A DNA stretch of 64,000 nucleotides from an uncultured Candidatus Saccharibacteria bacterium. Lineage in GTDB: Bacteria > Patescibacteriota > Minisyncoccia > Phycocordibacterales > CAIRYW01. The notes below the pieces were generated by a model. It ran no database searches. It saw nothing but the letters and a program-made list of their open reading frames with translations, and was not told the origin of the DNA. Shown piece by piece: positions 1 to 8,767 of the stretch. The first letter of the stretch is position 1. Each line of letters opens with the position of its first letter. The translations under genes were made by a program, and so were the position numbers. The stretch lies in NCBI GenBank assembly GCA_964446625.1, contig CAYUPH010000004.1, forward strand, positions 7,838-71,837, in the 5' to 3' direction.

Positions 1-2580
1 AACAGTGTCTCCTGGAGTATAGGTTCCATCAGCACTTCCTGAGGTAAATGAAGTAAGTGTGGGAGCGGTCACATCGACATCTGCTGTGGTAAATGTATAG
101 TCAGAAGATGTCGCATAATTAAATGCCGCGTCACCAGAGGACACCTGAAAGTGGTAAGTGGTACTAGGCGTAAGTCCTGAGAGAATTATCTGGTGACTAG
201 AAGTCAAAGAAGAAGAGCTCGATGCTGTACCATATCCTGTTGTAGCTCCAAAATTAACTGTTGATGTTGAGTTTTCGTTTGTATTCCATGTAATTGTTGC
301 AGTTGTTGTCGTTGTTGAAGAGGCAACATTTGAAATCACAGGCGCAGTAGTGTCAGGAGCGGATAAAGTTGTAAGGGAGTATTCTGTTGAAGTAGATGTG
401 TTTCCATAAGCATCTCTCGACACAAGGGCAAAATAATAGAGCGTTCCACCTGAAAGACCTGTCATTGTGAGACTCTGCGATGTACGGAGCGCACTACTTG
501 AAGTTGAAGTAGTATAGACTCCACTTGTTGTTCCATACCAAATCGCTGAGTCTGCACTTTCGTCTGTTGTCCAATCCACTGTCGCTGTTGTAATTGCAGA
601 TGATGTTGCGACAGAAGATATAGCAGGGCTTACTCCATCAATAACAATTTCCTTATTGTCATTTAGGTTCACTCCCGGAGAAAAACTCACCATAGAATTA
701 TCATCTGCATCTTTTATTGTTCCTGAGACAGAAGAAACTGAAAGATCTAGGGAATTATCTCCTGCCTGCACAGTATAATTACAAGTTCCTGTAGTTGAGT
801 TGCTTACTGTAAATGTACAAGTTCTGTCTGTTGATCCAGTTTCAAGAGTCACTGTGACTAGACCAGTTGAAGTCACCGCTTCAGAAAAAGTAACATCTAT
901 ATCAATTACTTCTCCGACTCCATAGGTTCCATCTGCTTTATCAGAAGAAATATTTGTAATTGTTGGTGCTCCGGAAGTTGTTGTAAAAGTATAGTCTGTT
1001 GTAGTTGCGCTGTTTCCGGTGCTATCTGTAGCATATAAAGCAAAGTGATAAAGTGTGTTTGAGGTAAGTCCAGAAAGACTCACTGAATGCGTACTTGTTC
1101 CTGTTGAAGTAGAAGTGGTACCGTATGAAGTTGATAATCCGAAACGCGCAGAAGACGAAGCTGCTTCATCAGTGTTCCATGTGATTGTCGCGGTTGTTTC
1201 TCCTGTTGTTGAGGCAACACTTGAAATTGCAGGTGGAGTTGAGTCTCCGCCAGAAAGGTAATATACAAAGGCATCTGCAACGGCATTACTGTCTCCTGAG
1301 ACGAGGTTTGTTGCAGCGGAAAGGAAACCAACATATGTTCCATTTGGCGACATTGCAGTGTGTCCACTTGTCACATCGGCGTTTCCTAACGAATCATCAT
1401 TCGCATAGCTTGCAATTTTAGTAGTACCAAGTGTTCTATCACGAATAAAAATATCACCATGTGCATTTGTGTCTCCTGGTACAAGGTTTGTTGCGGTAGA
1501 ATAAAAAGTAACATATCGGCCACTATCTGAAATAGCCACACCTGCTCCAGAGAGAGCATTTGCCTGTGATTCATCGTCAGCAACCGATACCCTTTCCGTT
1601 GTTCCTAATGTACGGTCACGAACAAAAACATCAGCTATTCCGCCACTATCACCAGTAACAAGACTGTCTGAATCAGATACAAAAGTAACATAGCGCCCAT
1701 CAGAAGATATTGAAACTGTTGACCCTGTCACAATTCCTGAAGCAACCTCCGCTTCTCCATCTGAAACACTGATTCGCTCCGTAGTTCCAAGTGTTCGGTC
1801 ACGCAAAAACGTATCGTCGTTTCCATTCGAATCCCCTGCAACTAAGTTTGATGCAGCGGAGTTAAATGCTATGTAGCGCCCATCATCTGAAATCGCTACT
1901 CCTGTTCGTGTATTAGCATTCCCAAGACTTTCATCATCCGCAAGAGAAACTATCTCAGTAGTTCCAAGGGTCCTATCGCGCAAAAAAACATCTGTTTTTA
2001 CATTCGAATCTCCTGCAACAAGGTTTGTAGATACTGATTGAAAAACAATATATCGTCCATCTGGAGTCATTGCCAGAGTTACTCCGTTTACAGCACTGTT
2101 TCCATTTCCAATAGATTCGTCGTCACCAATAGAAACAATCTCTGTTGTTCCGAGTTGTCTGTCTCGAATAAATGCATCCGCTTTGCCGTTTCCGTCCCCA
2201 GCTACAAGGTTTGTGGCGTTTGATAAAAAAAGCACATACCTTCCATCTGGTGAAATTACTAAACGTCCAGAAGAATTACCAACATCTTGTTTTACTCCCG
2301 CTGTTGAAACGCTAATAAGCTCTGTAGTTCCAAGTGTTCGATCCCGAACGAAAACATCAGCAACAGTGTCACTATCTGTAGGCACCAGGTTTGTTGCAGT
2401 AGAAAGAAATGCTATGTAGCGTCCGTCTGAAGAAACAGCAAGAGTAATAGTTGCTGCATTTGCCTCAATTTCATCGTCTGCTAAAGAGACTCTTTCTGTT
2501 GCTGCAAAAAGAGAGAGTGGCTCAATTAGAAAAATTAATGCCAAAGAAAAAATCGCGATTTTGTTCGTTTGTTTAAACAT
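1..2580 (-). CDS. secreted surface protein, partial (C-terminal part lies beyond window start): signal peptide, ~6 PD40/TolB-like beta-propeller repeats, then >=4 Thr/Ser-rich FN3/Ig-like modules
   Basis: Minus-strand ORF opens at ATG 2578-2580 (MFKQTNKIAIFSLALIFLIEPLSLFAATERVSLADDEIEANAA...) and stays open to position 1 (verified by manual translation, no stops). Motif F-S-x-A-T-N-L-V-x-G-D-x-N-x-x-D-V/A-F-V/I-R-D-R-T-L-G-T-T-E repeated ~6x (PD40 repeat), then ~90-aa T/S-rich modules with conserved W and Y-H-F-A (FN3-like). Absent from ORF track only because it runs off the edge. Confidence 0.75.
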   Translation of the reverse strand, partial: MFKQTNKIAIFSLALIFLIEPLSLFAATERVSLADDEIEANAATITLAVSSDGRYIAFLSTATNLVPTDSDTVADVFVRDRTLGTTELISVSTAGVKQDVGNSSGRLVISPDGRYVLFLSNATNLVAGDGNGKADAFIRDRQLGTTEIVSIGDDESIGNGNSAVNGVTLAMTPDGRYIVFQSVSTNLVAGDSNVKTDVFLRDRTLGTTEIVSLADDESLGNANTRTGVAISDDGRYIAFNSAASNLVAGDSNGNDDTFLRDRTLGTTERISVSDGEAEVASGIVTGSTVSISSDGRYVTFVSDSDSLVTGDSGGIADVFVRDRTLGTTERVSVADDESQANALSGAGVAISDSGRYVTFYSTATNLVPGDTNAHGDIFIRDRTLGTTKIASYANDDSLGNADVTSGHTAMSPNGTYVGFLSAATNLVSGDSNAVADAFVYYLSGGDSTPPAISSVASTTGETTATITWNTDEAASSSARFGLSTSYGTTSTSTGTSTHSVSLSGLTSNTLYHFALYATDSTGNSATTTDYTFTTTSGAPTITNISSDKADGTYGVGEVIDIDVTFSEAVTSTGLVTVTLETGSTDRTCTFTVSNSTTGTCNYTVQAGDNSLDLSVSSVSGTIKDADDNSMVSFSPGVNLNDNKEIVIDGVSPAISSVATSSAITTATVDWTTDESADSAIWYGTTSGVYTTSTSSSALRTSQSLTMTGLSGGTLYYFALVSRDAYGNTSTSTEYSLTTLSAPDTTAPVISNVASSTTTTTATITWNTNENSTSTVNFGATTGYGTASSSSSLTSSHQIILSGLTPSTTYHFQVSSGDAAFNYATSSDYTFTTADVDVTAPTLTSFTSGSADGTYTPGDTV

Positions 2581-2691
2581 TCAAGAATAAAAGAGTGAAT
2601 AATGAGTGGGAGAGAATTATTTTCTTTCTACTATGACTGTATTTTTTCTTCCCGTTACTCAATTATACACCTTATTTTTAGTGACTCAAGT

Positions 2692-2724
2692 AAAAAAGCC
2701 CTGCATACTTACAGGGCTTTTTTG
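2692..2724. terminator. rho-independent terminator hairpin (AGCCCTG-loop-CAGGGCT) flanked by A-run and T-run, bidirectional
   Basis: aaaaaagccctgcatacttacagggctttttt; lies 17 nt downstream of the stop of the minus-strand gene 2741..4096. Confidence 0.7.
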
Positions 2725-2740
2725 AACTTGAGTGTAGCTT

Positions 2741-4096
2741 TTAGTATTCTACAAAAGCATCCGCAACTCCATTTGTATCCCCTGCTACAAGATTTGTTGC
2801 AGCAGAAAGGAATCCAAGATATCCCCCGTCTGGAGAAAGTGCAAGGTTTCCTATTTTGACTGAGTCATTAGCCTCAGAGCTATCATATGCAACAACTCGT
2901 CTTGTTGAAGAAGTACTTCGGTCTCGAACAAATACATCAATCTCTCCATTTGTATCCCCTGCTACAAGATTTGTGGCACTAGAAGAGAATGCAACAAGCT
3001 GTCCATCGGCAGACATTGCAACCCCATACTGAATTGCTCCATTTCCAATACTCTCATCGTCTGCAACAGAGACCATTTCTGTTGTTCCAAGAGTTCTGTC
3101 TCTTAGGAAAATATCTGTTGCAGAGTTTGTATCTCCTGCCACAAGATTTGTTCCATCAGAAGCAAATGTAACATAGCGTCCGTCTGATGAAATTGTTACA
3201 TTGTATCCAGTAATGTTGTCTCCATTAGACTCGGCTTCATTATCAGCAATACTTACTCGCTCAGTTGTTCCCAGCTGTCTGTCCCGCACGAAAGTATCGT
3301 TCCCTCCATTTGGGCTCCCTGCATTCGTGTCTCCTGTAACAAGGTTTGATGACCTTGAGTTAAAAGCAACATAGCGACCATCATCTGAAATTCCAAGCCC
3401 TGTTCGGGCATCCAAGTTACCCTGTGCTCCACCTGCTCCAACAGAGACTCTCTCTGTCGTGTTTGTCTGCCGATCTCGCACAAATACATCTGCGTAACCA
3501 TTTGTATCCCCTGCTACAAGATTTGTTGCTTTAGAGAGGAACGCAACATAGCGTCCGTCTCCTGAAATGACAACAGTTGCTCCGTCTACATCATCTTTAT
3601 TTCCTTGTGTTCCATCTGTTGCAACAGACACTCGCTCTGTTGTGTTTGTCTGTCGGTCTCGCACAAACACATCTATCTTTCCATTAGTATCCCCTGCGAC
3701 AAGGTTTGTTGCAGATGACATAAACGCAACATAGCGACCGTCATCTGAAATCGATACTCTAGTGTTAATTGATTTGTTCTGCTGTACTCCAGCAGATGAA
3801 AGAGTTACTCTTTCTATGTCCCCAGTGTTTCTGTTTTTGACAAACACGTCTCCTACACCATTTGTATCCCCTGCAACAAGGTTTGATGCAGTAGAAAAGA
3901 AAGCAACGTACTCTCCATTTTCTGAAATAGAGATTGTTGTACTATATGCGTCAGCTTCTCCCCCTCCTCCTGTAAGGTTTGCTCTTTCAATAGCTCCAAA
4001 TGATGAAACTGGAAGAAGAGTGAGAGCAAGCGCACATAAAATTTTATAATATTTACTCATAAAAATTATTTTAAGGTTACTAATCGACAAGTTCAA
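2741..4096 (-). CDS. secreted PD40/TolB-like beta-propeller repeat protein (paralog of the partial gene at 1..2580)
   Basis: 451 aa; N-terminal signal peptide (KYYKILCALALTLLPVSSFGA); eight-plus repeats of ...Y-V-A-F-x-S-x-A-T/S-N-L-V-A-G-D-T-N-G-x-x-D-V-F-V-R-D-R-Q-T-N-T-T-E-R-V-S (PD40 signature DVFVRDR). Confidence 0.85.
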   Translation of the reverse strand: MNLSISNLKIIFMSKYYKILCALALTLLPVSSFGAIERANLTGGGGEADAYSTTISISENGEYVAFFSTASNLVAGDTNGVGDVFVKNRNTGDIERVTLSSAGVQQNKSINTRVSISDDGRYVAFMSSATNLVAGDTNGKIDVFVRDRQTNTTERVSVATDGTQGNKDDVDGATVVISGDGRYVAFLSKATNLVAGDTNGYADVFVRDRQTNTTERVSVGAGGAQGNLDARTGLGISDDGRYVAFNSRSSNLVTGDTNAGSPNGGNDTFVRDRQLGTTERVSIADNEAESNGDNITGYNVTISSDGRYVTFASDGTNLVAGDTNSATDIFLRDRTLGTTEMVSVADDESIGNGAIQYGVAMSADGQLVAFSSSATNLVAGDTNGEIDVFVRDRSTSSTRRVVAYDSSEANDSVKIGNLALSPDGGYLGFLSAATNLVAGDTNGVADAFVEY

Positions 4097-4214
4097 TTAT
4101 AGAAGGATAGTGATTTTATAAAAAGGTGAAAACTCTTATTTACTTGTTTTAGTATGACTTCATACTATAATCTAAAGGACCCGAAAGGGTCTTAGAAGCT
4201 TAATAATTAAAACT

Positions 4215-5084
4215 ATGAAATATAAAGCACTACTCGCTTTGGCACTCACCCTCTCAGGAACAGGTGTTGCAGGAGCATATGATACAGGCTCATTTACAGT
4301 TGGAAGTGGAGACAAACAAGTTAAGGTTGACCTGGATGCGGCAGCAAATGTGAACCTAAAAAATGGAACTGGGGCAGGTACCGTAAATGTCACAAATACT
4401 AACGGAGGAGTAAATGTAAAAACAAATGTCTCTGTGGATGGAAAACCTTATACAGGAACAGTAAATGTTACTAATACAAATGGTACTATAAATGCAAATT
4501 ACACTGTAAATGGAGTGTCTGGCACAGTAAATGTTACTAATACAAACGGATCCCTTAAAGTTCTTCTTGATGGAAATAATCTAGACGATAACAGTCGAAG
4601 TGCTGTAATTAATCTGTCAGGAAACACAGTAGAGCTTATTAAAAGCGACGAAGACCTTTCTGCATATAACAATGTAGTAGTTAGTTCTTACTCTAACATC
4701 GAGGACGTAGAAACCGACGATAAGGAAGTGAGAGTGGTCTTTGACCAAGATGCTAAATTCCTTGGAGTTTTTGGAACAACTCTTAAGACAGAGGTTTCTG
4801 TTTCAAACGATGACAATACTGTGACAGTTCATACTCCATGGTATGGATTCCTCTTTACTAAATCTGTAAAGAAAGACGATCTTGAAAAATCACTTTCAGT
4901 AAATGTTTCAAAAAACGGATCAAATGGTAGGATTGAGGTTTCTCAAAACGGAAACTCTGGAAGCGTAAATGTACAAAATAGAGCAAAAACAGTAAGCGTC
5001 ATTACTTCAAAAGTAGGACAAACAGGCTCTGTCTCAGTTCAAAGTGGAGACAAAAAAGTAGACGTTAATCTAAGTAACTACTAG
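4215..5084 (+). CDS. secreted repetitive protein of unknown function (TVNVTNTNG repeats)
   Basis: 289 aa; signal peptide MKYKALLALALTLSGTGVAGA; five-plus copies of G-T-V-N-V-T-N-T-N-G; the second half (...GSVNVQNRAKTVSVITSKVGQTGSVSVQSGDKKVDVNLSNY) repeats the N-terminal theme (TVGSGDKQVKVDLD). Confidence 0.7.
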   Translation: MKYKALLALALTLSGTGVAGAYDTGSFTVGSGDKQVKVDLDAAANVNLKNGTGAGTVNVTNTNGGVNVKTNVSVDGKPYTGTVNVTNTNGTINANYTVNGVSGTVNVTNTNGSLKVLLDGNNLDDNSRSAVINLSGNTVELIKSDEDLSAYNNVVVSSYSNIEDVETDDKEVRVVFDQDAKFLGVFGTTLKTEVSVSNDDNTVTVHTPWYGFLFTKSVKKDDLEKSLSVNVSKNGSNGRIEVSQNGNSGSVNVQNRAKTVSVITSKVGQTGSVSVQSGDKKVDVNLSNY

Positions 5085-5130
5085 TCACCCACAAAAAAAC
5101 TCCGCTTTCGCGGAGTTTTTTTGTGGGTGA
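5085..5130. terminator. long perfect-stem bidirectional terminator between convergent genes
   Basis: tcacccacaaaaaaactccgc-tttc-gcggagtttttttgtgggtga: 21-bp inverted repeat with internal A/T runs; sits between stop of 4215..5084 (+) and stop of 5137..6261 (-). Confidence 0.8.
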
Positions 5131-5136
5131 CTTTTC

Positions 5137-6261
5137 CTAGAGTGCATCTATTGCGTCTTCTGCTCTATCTTCTGCTTCTTTTGCCAAATCCTCAGCCTCT
5201 TCATAGTCTTCGTCATCCAAAGCTTCTCTAGCGTCATCGAGGAGATCCTCTGCTTCATCTAGTAAATCCTCAGCTTCGTCCGTATCTTCATCGTCATCCT
5301 CAGCATCACTAATTTCTTGTTTTGCGTCTGAGATCGCTTCTTTTGCATCATCTATGGCATCTTCTGCATCTTCTTTATCATCTGATGCTTCTCCTATAGC
5401 GTCCTCTGCGTCATCAGCTTTGTCCTCCGCGTCCTTTGCCAAATCCTCTGCTTCATCATACTCCTCATCATCAAACCTATCCTCCGCTTCATCTAGTAAA
5501 TCCTCCGCTTCGGCAAGTAAATCCTCTGCTTCATCAACATCATCTCCGTTCCTATCTGCATTTTTGATTTTTGTTCGTACTTCGTCAATTCGATCATCAA
5601 CTTCGTTTATAAGCGTGTCAATTTCATCTTCCTGAGTTTCCCCTCCTGCATCTTGAAATGCTTCTTCTGCGATATCAAACGCATCTTCAGCTGAGCTTAT
5701 TGCCTTCGAATAGTTTCCATCAAAATACTTCTGTACTGCATTAAAAAGTTCTGCTTTTGCGTCATCAATATCATCATCTACATTGCTTCCATCATTGTCG
5801 TCAGCTTCATCCTCTGCTTCTTCAATTTGATCAATTGCTTTAGTTATAGCTTTCTCTGCTTCCCTTTGTTCGCTTGATTTTGAAGGAGTAGTAGTGACGA
5901 CAACTGGAGTGTTTGGAACTTGTACGGGGACTCCGCCAAACAGTCTCTGGTAAAACTCTCTCGAAGCGGGTCCAAAATATCCACTCGCTGGTGTAAGTTT
6001 GTTTGCAGCTTGCCACCGTGCGAGCGCTTGTTTTGTTAGTTGACCAAACTTTGTTGTTTCAAGTCCGCTGGACCCAGGGCCTGTGCTCGAAATCCTATAT
6101 CCTGAGCTATTTAAAAACTTTTGGAGACACCGAACATCTTCTCCCACGTCGTTTATATCCAGGTTTCTCGCAAATACACAGCTGGCAGCTTTCGCTGGAG
6201 CGGCACTAAGCAAGACTCCTAAAATAAACAAAGAAGAAAAAATTAATGAACTTTTTTTCAT
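5137..6261 (-). CDS. secreted protein: N-terminal peptidoglycan-binding (PG_binding_1-like) domain + long poly-acidic (D/E-rich) helical repeat region
   Basis: 374 aa; signal peptide; CLQKFLNSSGYRISSTGPGSSGLETTKFGQLTKQALARWQAANKL resembles PG-binding domain; C-terminal ~250 aa are >50% Asp/Glu with a long duplicated block DEAEDLLDEAEDxxDDEEYDEAEDLAK(D/E)AED... Confidence 0.7.
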   Translation of the reverse strand: MKKSSLIFSSLFILGVLLSAAPAKAASCVFARNLDINDVGEDVRCLQKFLNSSGYRISSTGPGSSGLETTKFGQLTKQALARWQAANKLTPASGYFGPASREFYQRLFGGVPVQVPNTPVVVTTTPSKSSEQREAEKAITKAIDQIEEAEDEADDNDGSNVDDDIDDAKAELFNAVQKYFDGNYSKAISSAEDAFDIAEEAFQDAGGETQEDEIDTLINEVDDRIDEVRTKIKNADRNGDDVDEAEDLLAEAEDLLDEAEDRFDDEEYDEAEDLAKDAEDKADDAEDAIGEASDDKEDAEDAIDDAKEAISDAKQEISDAEDDDEDTDEAEDLLDEAEDLLDDAREALDDEDYEEAEDLAKEAEDRAEDAIDAL

Positions 6262-6324
6262 ATCTTTTTATTATTTCGTTAATATATTTTACCTTCTAAT
6301 TATAATATAAACCCTTGCGAATTT

Positions 6325-6792
6325 CTAAGACTCCATTGCACGCCGGAGATCATCAATACTTAGCTTTGTCATCTGAAGCATGGCATTCATTGCCTTTTTT
6401 GCCTTTGCTCTATCACTATTTCCAATCATCTCGTCTAATTCTTTGGGAACAATTTGCCACGAGAGACCATACTTATCCTTCAGCCACCCACACTGCCCTT
6501 TTTCTCCACCTTCTGATAGCTTCTCCCAATACCAATCTACCTCCTCCTGCGTGTCGCAATTAACAAAAAGAGAAACCGCTTCACTAAACTTAAAGTGAGG
6601 TCCACCGTTTAGGGCGTGGAATTCCTGACCCGCAAGCTCGAAGCGTACCGAAAAAACTTTTCCATCTTCTTCATTTTTGTTAAGAGCAATAATTTTTGCA
6701 CTTTGTCCTCTTGCAGCAAAAATAGAAATATAAAAATTCATTGCTTCTTCTGCCTCAGTGTTGTACCAAAGAAATGGTGTGATTTTTTGCAT
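6325..6792 (-). CDS. PhnB-like / 3-demethylubiquinone-9 3-methyltransferase-domain protein (VOC/glyoxalase superfamily)
   Basis: 155 aa; ITPFLWYNTEAEEAMNFYISIF...GQCGWLKDKYGLSWQIVP matches the PhnB-like (PF06983) pattern; paralog of 23141..23620. Confidence 0.7.
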   Translation of the reverse strand: MQKITPFLWYNTEAEEAMNFYISIFAARGQSAKIIALNKNEEDGKVFSVRFELAGQEFHALNGGPHFKFSEAVSLFVNCDTQEEVDWYWEKLSEGGEKGQCGWLKDKYGLSWQIVPKELDEMIGNSDRAKAKKAMNAMLQMTKLSIDDLRRAMES

Positions 6793-6850
6793 AGTTTTGT
6801 TTTATTAAGCTTTCCTCCATCGTAACATAGATAAATTAAGATTTACTTAA

Positions 6851-6880
6851 AACAAAAAAACAGGCAGAGCCTGTTTTTTT
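6851..6880. terminator. rho-independent terminator (CAGGC-aga-GCCTG with flanking A/T runs)
   Basis: aaaaaaacaggcagagcctgttttttt; about 20 nt downstream (minus sense) of the small ORF 6901..7011 and therefore ends the two-component operon. Confidence 0.7.
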
Positions 6881-6900
6881 GTTGCTTTAAAGAAAGGAAA

Positions 6901-7011
6901 TTACTTTTTTTTCTTTGCAGCAATTTTAGCTCTCTTTACTGCAAGTCTTTTTTTTGTCTTGCGAGATCGAGAGGCTTTATTTTTGATGTCTTGTGATAAT
7001 CTTTTAGCCAT
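6901..7011 (-). CDS. 36-aa Lys/Arg-rich small ORF (MAKRLSQDIKNKASRSRKTKKRLAVKRAKIAAKKKK), unknown function
   Basis: Hand-translated; ATG 7009-7011, TAA 6901-6903; below the 60-aa cut-off of the ORF track; located between response-regulator gene and a terminator, 38 nt after the stop of 7050..7478. Confidence 0.35.
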   Translation of the reverse strand: MAKRLSQDIKNKASRSRKTKKRLAVKRAKIAAKKKK

Positions 7012-7049
7012 ACTTATATTATAGCCTCCTTTTACCTGGAAAGACAACT

Positions 7050-7478
7050 TTATTTTGTGGACACCCCCTCCTTCTCTCCTTCTGCAAGAATTTCTTCTGC
7101 TTTTTTCAAAATATCATGTAAAGAAAACTCAGACTTCACCATGTATGCTTTTGCTCCGTTTTCGAAGCAAAAATCAATATCGTCCTTTTGACTAAGACTC
7201 GACATAACAAGGACGGGTATAAGCGAGAAAGTGCTGTGCTCCTTGAGACTCTTCAAAAAATCAAAACCGTTTATTTTGCCAGGAACAATAAGGTCAAGAA
7301 GAATGAGGTGTGGAGTTTTTCTTTTAAGCTTTTCTCCTGCTTCCTCGAAATTCTCCGCAACAGACACATCAAAGCCCGAGGTACGAAAAGCATAGCAAAT
7401 AGGCTTTGAAATGAGCGCATCATCGTCAATGATGAGAATTTGTTTTTGTAGATTTTTAAGAGAAAAAGAGTAATCCAT
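7050..7478 (-). CDS. single-domain response regulator (CheY-like receiver) with short C-terminal extension
   Basis: 142 aa; ILIIDDD...LILLDLIVPGKINGFDFLK...VLVMSS...AKAYMVK: receiver-domain D-D-...-D/K landmarks. Confidence 0.8.
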   Translation of the reverse strand: MDYSFSLKNLQKQILIIDDDALISKPICYAFRTSGFDVSVAENFEEAGEKLKRKTPHLILLDLIVPGKINGFDFLKSLKEHSTFSLIPVLVMSSLSQKDDIDFCFENGAKAYMVKSEFSLHDILKKAEEILAEGEKEGVSTK

Positions 7479-7667
7479 TTATTTCTTTTCACTAAGAAGA
7501 GTATTTATTTCTTTGACTGCGCTTTTAATATGGGTCACAATCTCAGAATTTTTATCACTTTTCATTGAATAGTTTTTCTCAAGAAGTTCTATATAGAGAA
7601 GAATACTTGCTAGTTTTCCACGAACGTCATGAACCCATTTTTTGTTTTCTTCTCCTCTTTCTGACAT
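7479..7667 (-). CDS. stand-alone HisKA/DHp-like phosphotransfer-domain protein (62 aa from Met at 7665-7667)
   Basis: MSERGEENKKWVHDVRGKLASILLYIELLEKNYSM...: H-D-V-R-G-K-L-A-S-I matches the histidine-kinase H-box (H-E-L-R-T-P-L-x-x-I); ATG is 1 nt after the TAA of the upstream OmpR gene and its stop abuts the next receiver gene (translational coupling). ORF track lists a longer 7479..7709 version overlapping the upstream gene. Confidence 0.55.
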   Translation of the reverse strand: MSERGEENKKWVHDVRGKLASILLYIELLEKNYSMKSDKNSEIVTHIKSAVKEINTLLSEKK

Positions 7668-7668
7668 T

Positions 7669-8358
7669 TTATTTTCTTTGTGTGAACGAATCCCGAAGTC
7701 TATATCCAACTCCTCTCACCGTTTCAAGGATTCCCCCTTTGCCAAGCTTCATTTTTTTGCGAAGTCCATTTATATGAACATCTATAATGTTACTAAGAGA
7801 TGAAAAGTTAAAATCCCATGCATGGTCAAGGATTTGGTCTCGCGGAATTACTTTGTTCGGATAGCGCATCAGGTACTCAAGGACACTAAACTCCTTTAGT
7901 GTGAGTTTAATTTCCTCACCATCTTTATATACCTGCCGTGTTTGTGGGTTTAACACTATATCTCCCACAATGAGCTCCGAGTCTTGAACTGATTTTGGTC
8001 GCCGAAGAAGGGCCTGAAGCCTTGCAACAAGCTCGTTTACTGAAAAAGGTTTTGTAATATAATCATCCGCTCCGATGTTTAACGCAGCTACTTTTTCTTC
8101 AACATCACTTTCCCCTGAAAGCATCACAATTGGAGTATCGATTTTTGCTTCCCTTACCCTCTTACAAATTTCTTTTCCACTAATCTCTGGAATAAGCATA
8201 TCAAGAAGGATAATATCGTAAGAACCTCCATGAAGAAGGACATGCCTAAGCGCTTTTTCTGCTTCCAAAAAAACATCAACCGCAAACCCTTCGCCTTCAA
8301 GGACTTTTTTTATTCCTTCAGCAAAGATTGCATCATCATCGATAAGTATTATTTTCAT
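7669..8358 (-). CDS. OmpR/PhoB-family response regulator (receiver + winged-helix DNA-binding domain)
   Basis: 229 aa; MKIILIDDD...IILLDMLIP...DTPIVMLSGESD...ADDYITKPFSVNELVARL; C-terminal ...KLTLKEFSVLEYLMRYPNKVIPRDQILDHAW...GYRL trans_reg_C pattern. Confidence 0.9.
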   Translation of the reverse strand: MKIILIDDDAIFAEGIKKVLEGEGFAVDVFLEAEKALRHVLLHGGSYDIILLDMLIPEISGKEICKRVREAKIDTPIVMLSGESDVEEKVAALNIGADDYITKPFSVNELVARLQALLRRPKSVQDSELIVGDIVLNPQTRQVYKDGEEIKLTLKEFSVLEYLMRYPNKVIPRDQILDHAWDFNFSSLSNIIDVHINGLRKKMKLGKGGILETVRGVGYRLRDSFTQRK

Positions 8359-8397
8359 GGTTTAATTATAGAATTTGAACATTAAGTCTTCATGAAG

Positions 8398-8763
8398 CTA
8401 CTTTATATGAGTCTTTACTTTTGAGAGGAGTTCCTCGAGCTCAAATGGTTTAGGAAGAAAGTCATTGGCACCACACTCCTCTGCAATAACAGCAATATCT
8501 TTGTTTGCTGAGACCAAAATAATAGGCAAGTCCGCTGTATCTTTCTTCTTTTTTAGGTGTTCACACACTTTCTTTCCATCCACACCTGAGAGCCATATAT
8601 CAAGAAGAAGCAGGTTAGGAATATCCTTTTCGAGGTGAAGCGCATCCATTCCGTCCCTAGAAAGGAGAACCTCATACCCTTCGCTCTCGAGAATTATTCG
8701 TAACGCATCGGAAATAGCAGGATCATCCTCTGCTACCATGATTTTTTTTGGTTGCTCATTCAT
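8398..8763 (-). CDS. single-domain response regulator (CheY/Spo0F-like receiver)
   Basis: 121 aa; KKIMVAEDD...LLLLDIWLSGVDGKKV...LPIILVSA...GANDFLPKPFELEEL. Confidence 0.85.
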   Translation of the reverse strand: MNEQPKKIMVAEDDPAISDALRIILESEGYEVLLSRDGMDALHLEKDIPNLLLLDIWLSGVDGKKVCEHLKKKKDTADLPIILVSANKDIAVIAEECGANDFLPKPFELEELLSKVKTHIK

Positions 8764-8767
8764 ATTT

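Noticed and set aside
1055-1583. Four short ORFs on both strands
   Set aside because: All lie inside the long open minus-strand frame of the partial PD40/FN3 surface protein gene.
4152-4192. Two small hairpins (agtatg-actt-catact; gaccc-GAAA-gggtc) in the divergent promoter region upstream of 4215
   Set aside because: Short stems without U-tract or conserved context; cannot be distinguished from chance in an AT-rich intergenic region.
5354-5635. Plus-strand 93-aa Ser-rich ORF inside the acidic-repeat gene
   Set aside because: Antisense reading of the GA-rich acidic repeat codons; low complexity, no start context; overlapped entirely by a well-supported minus-strand gene.
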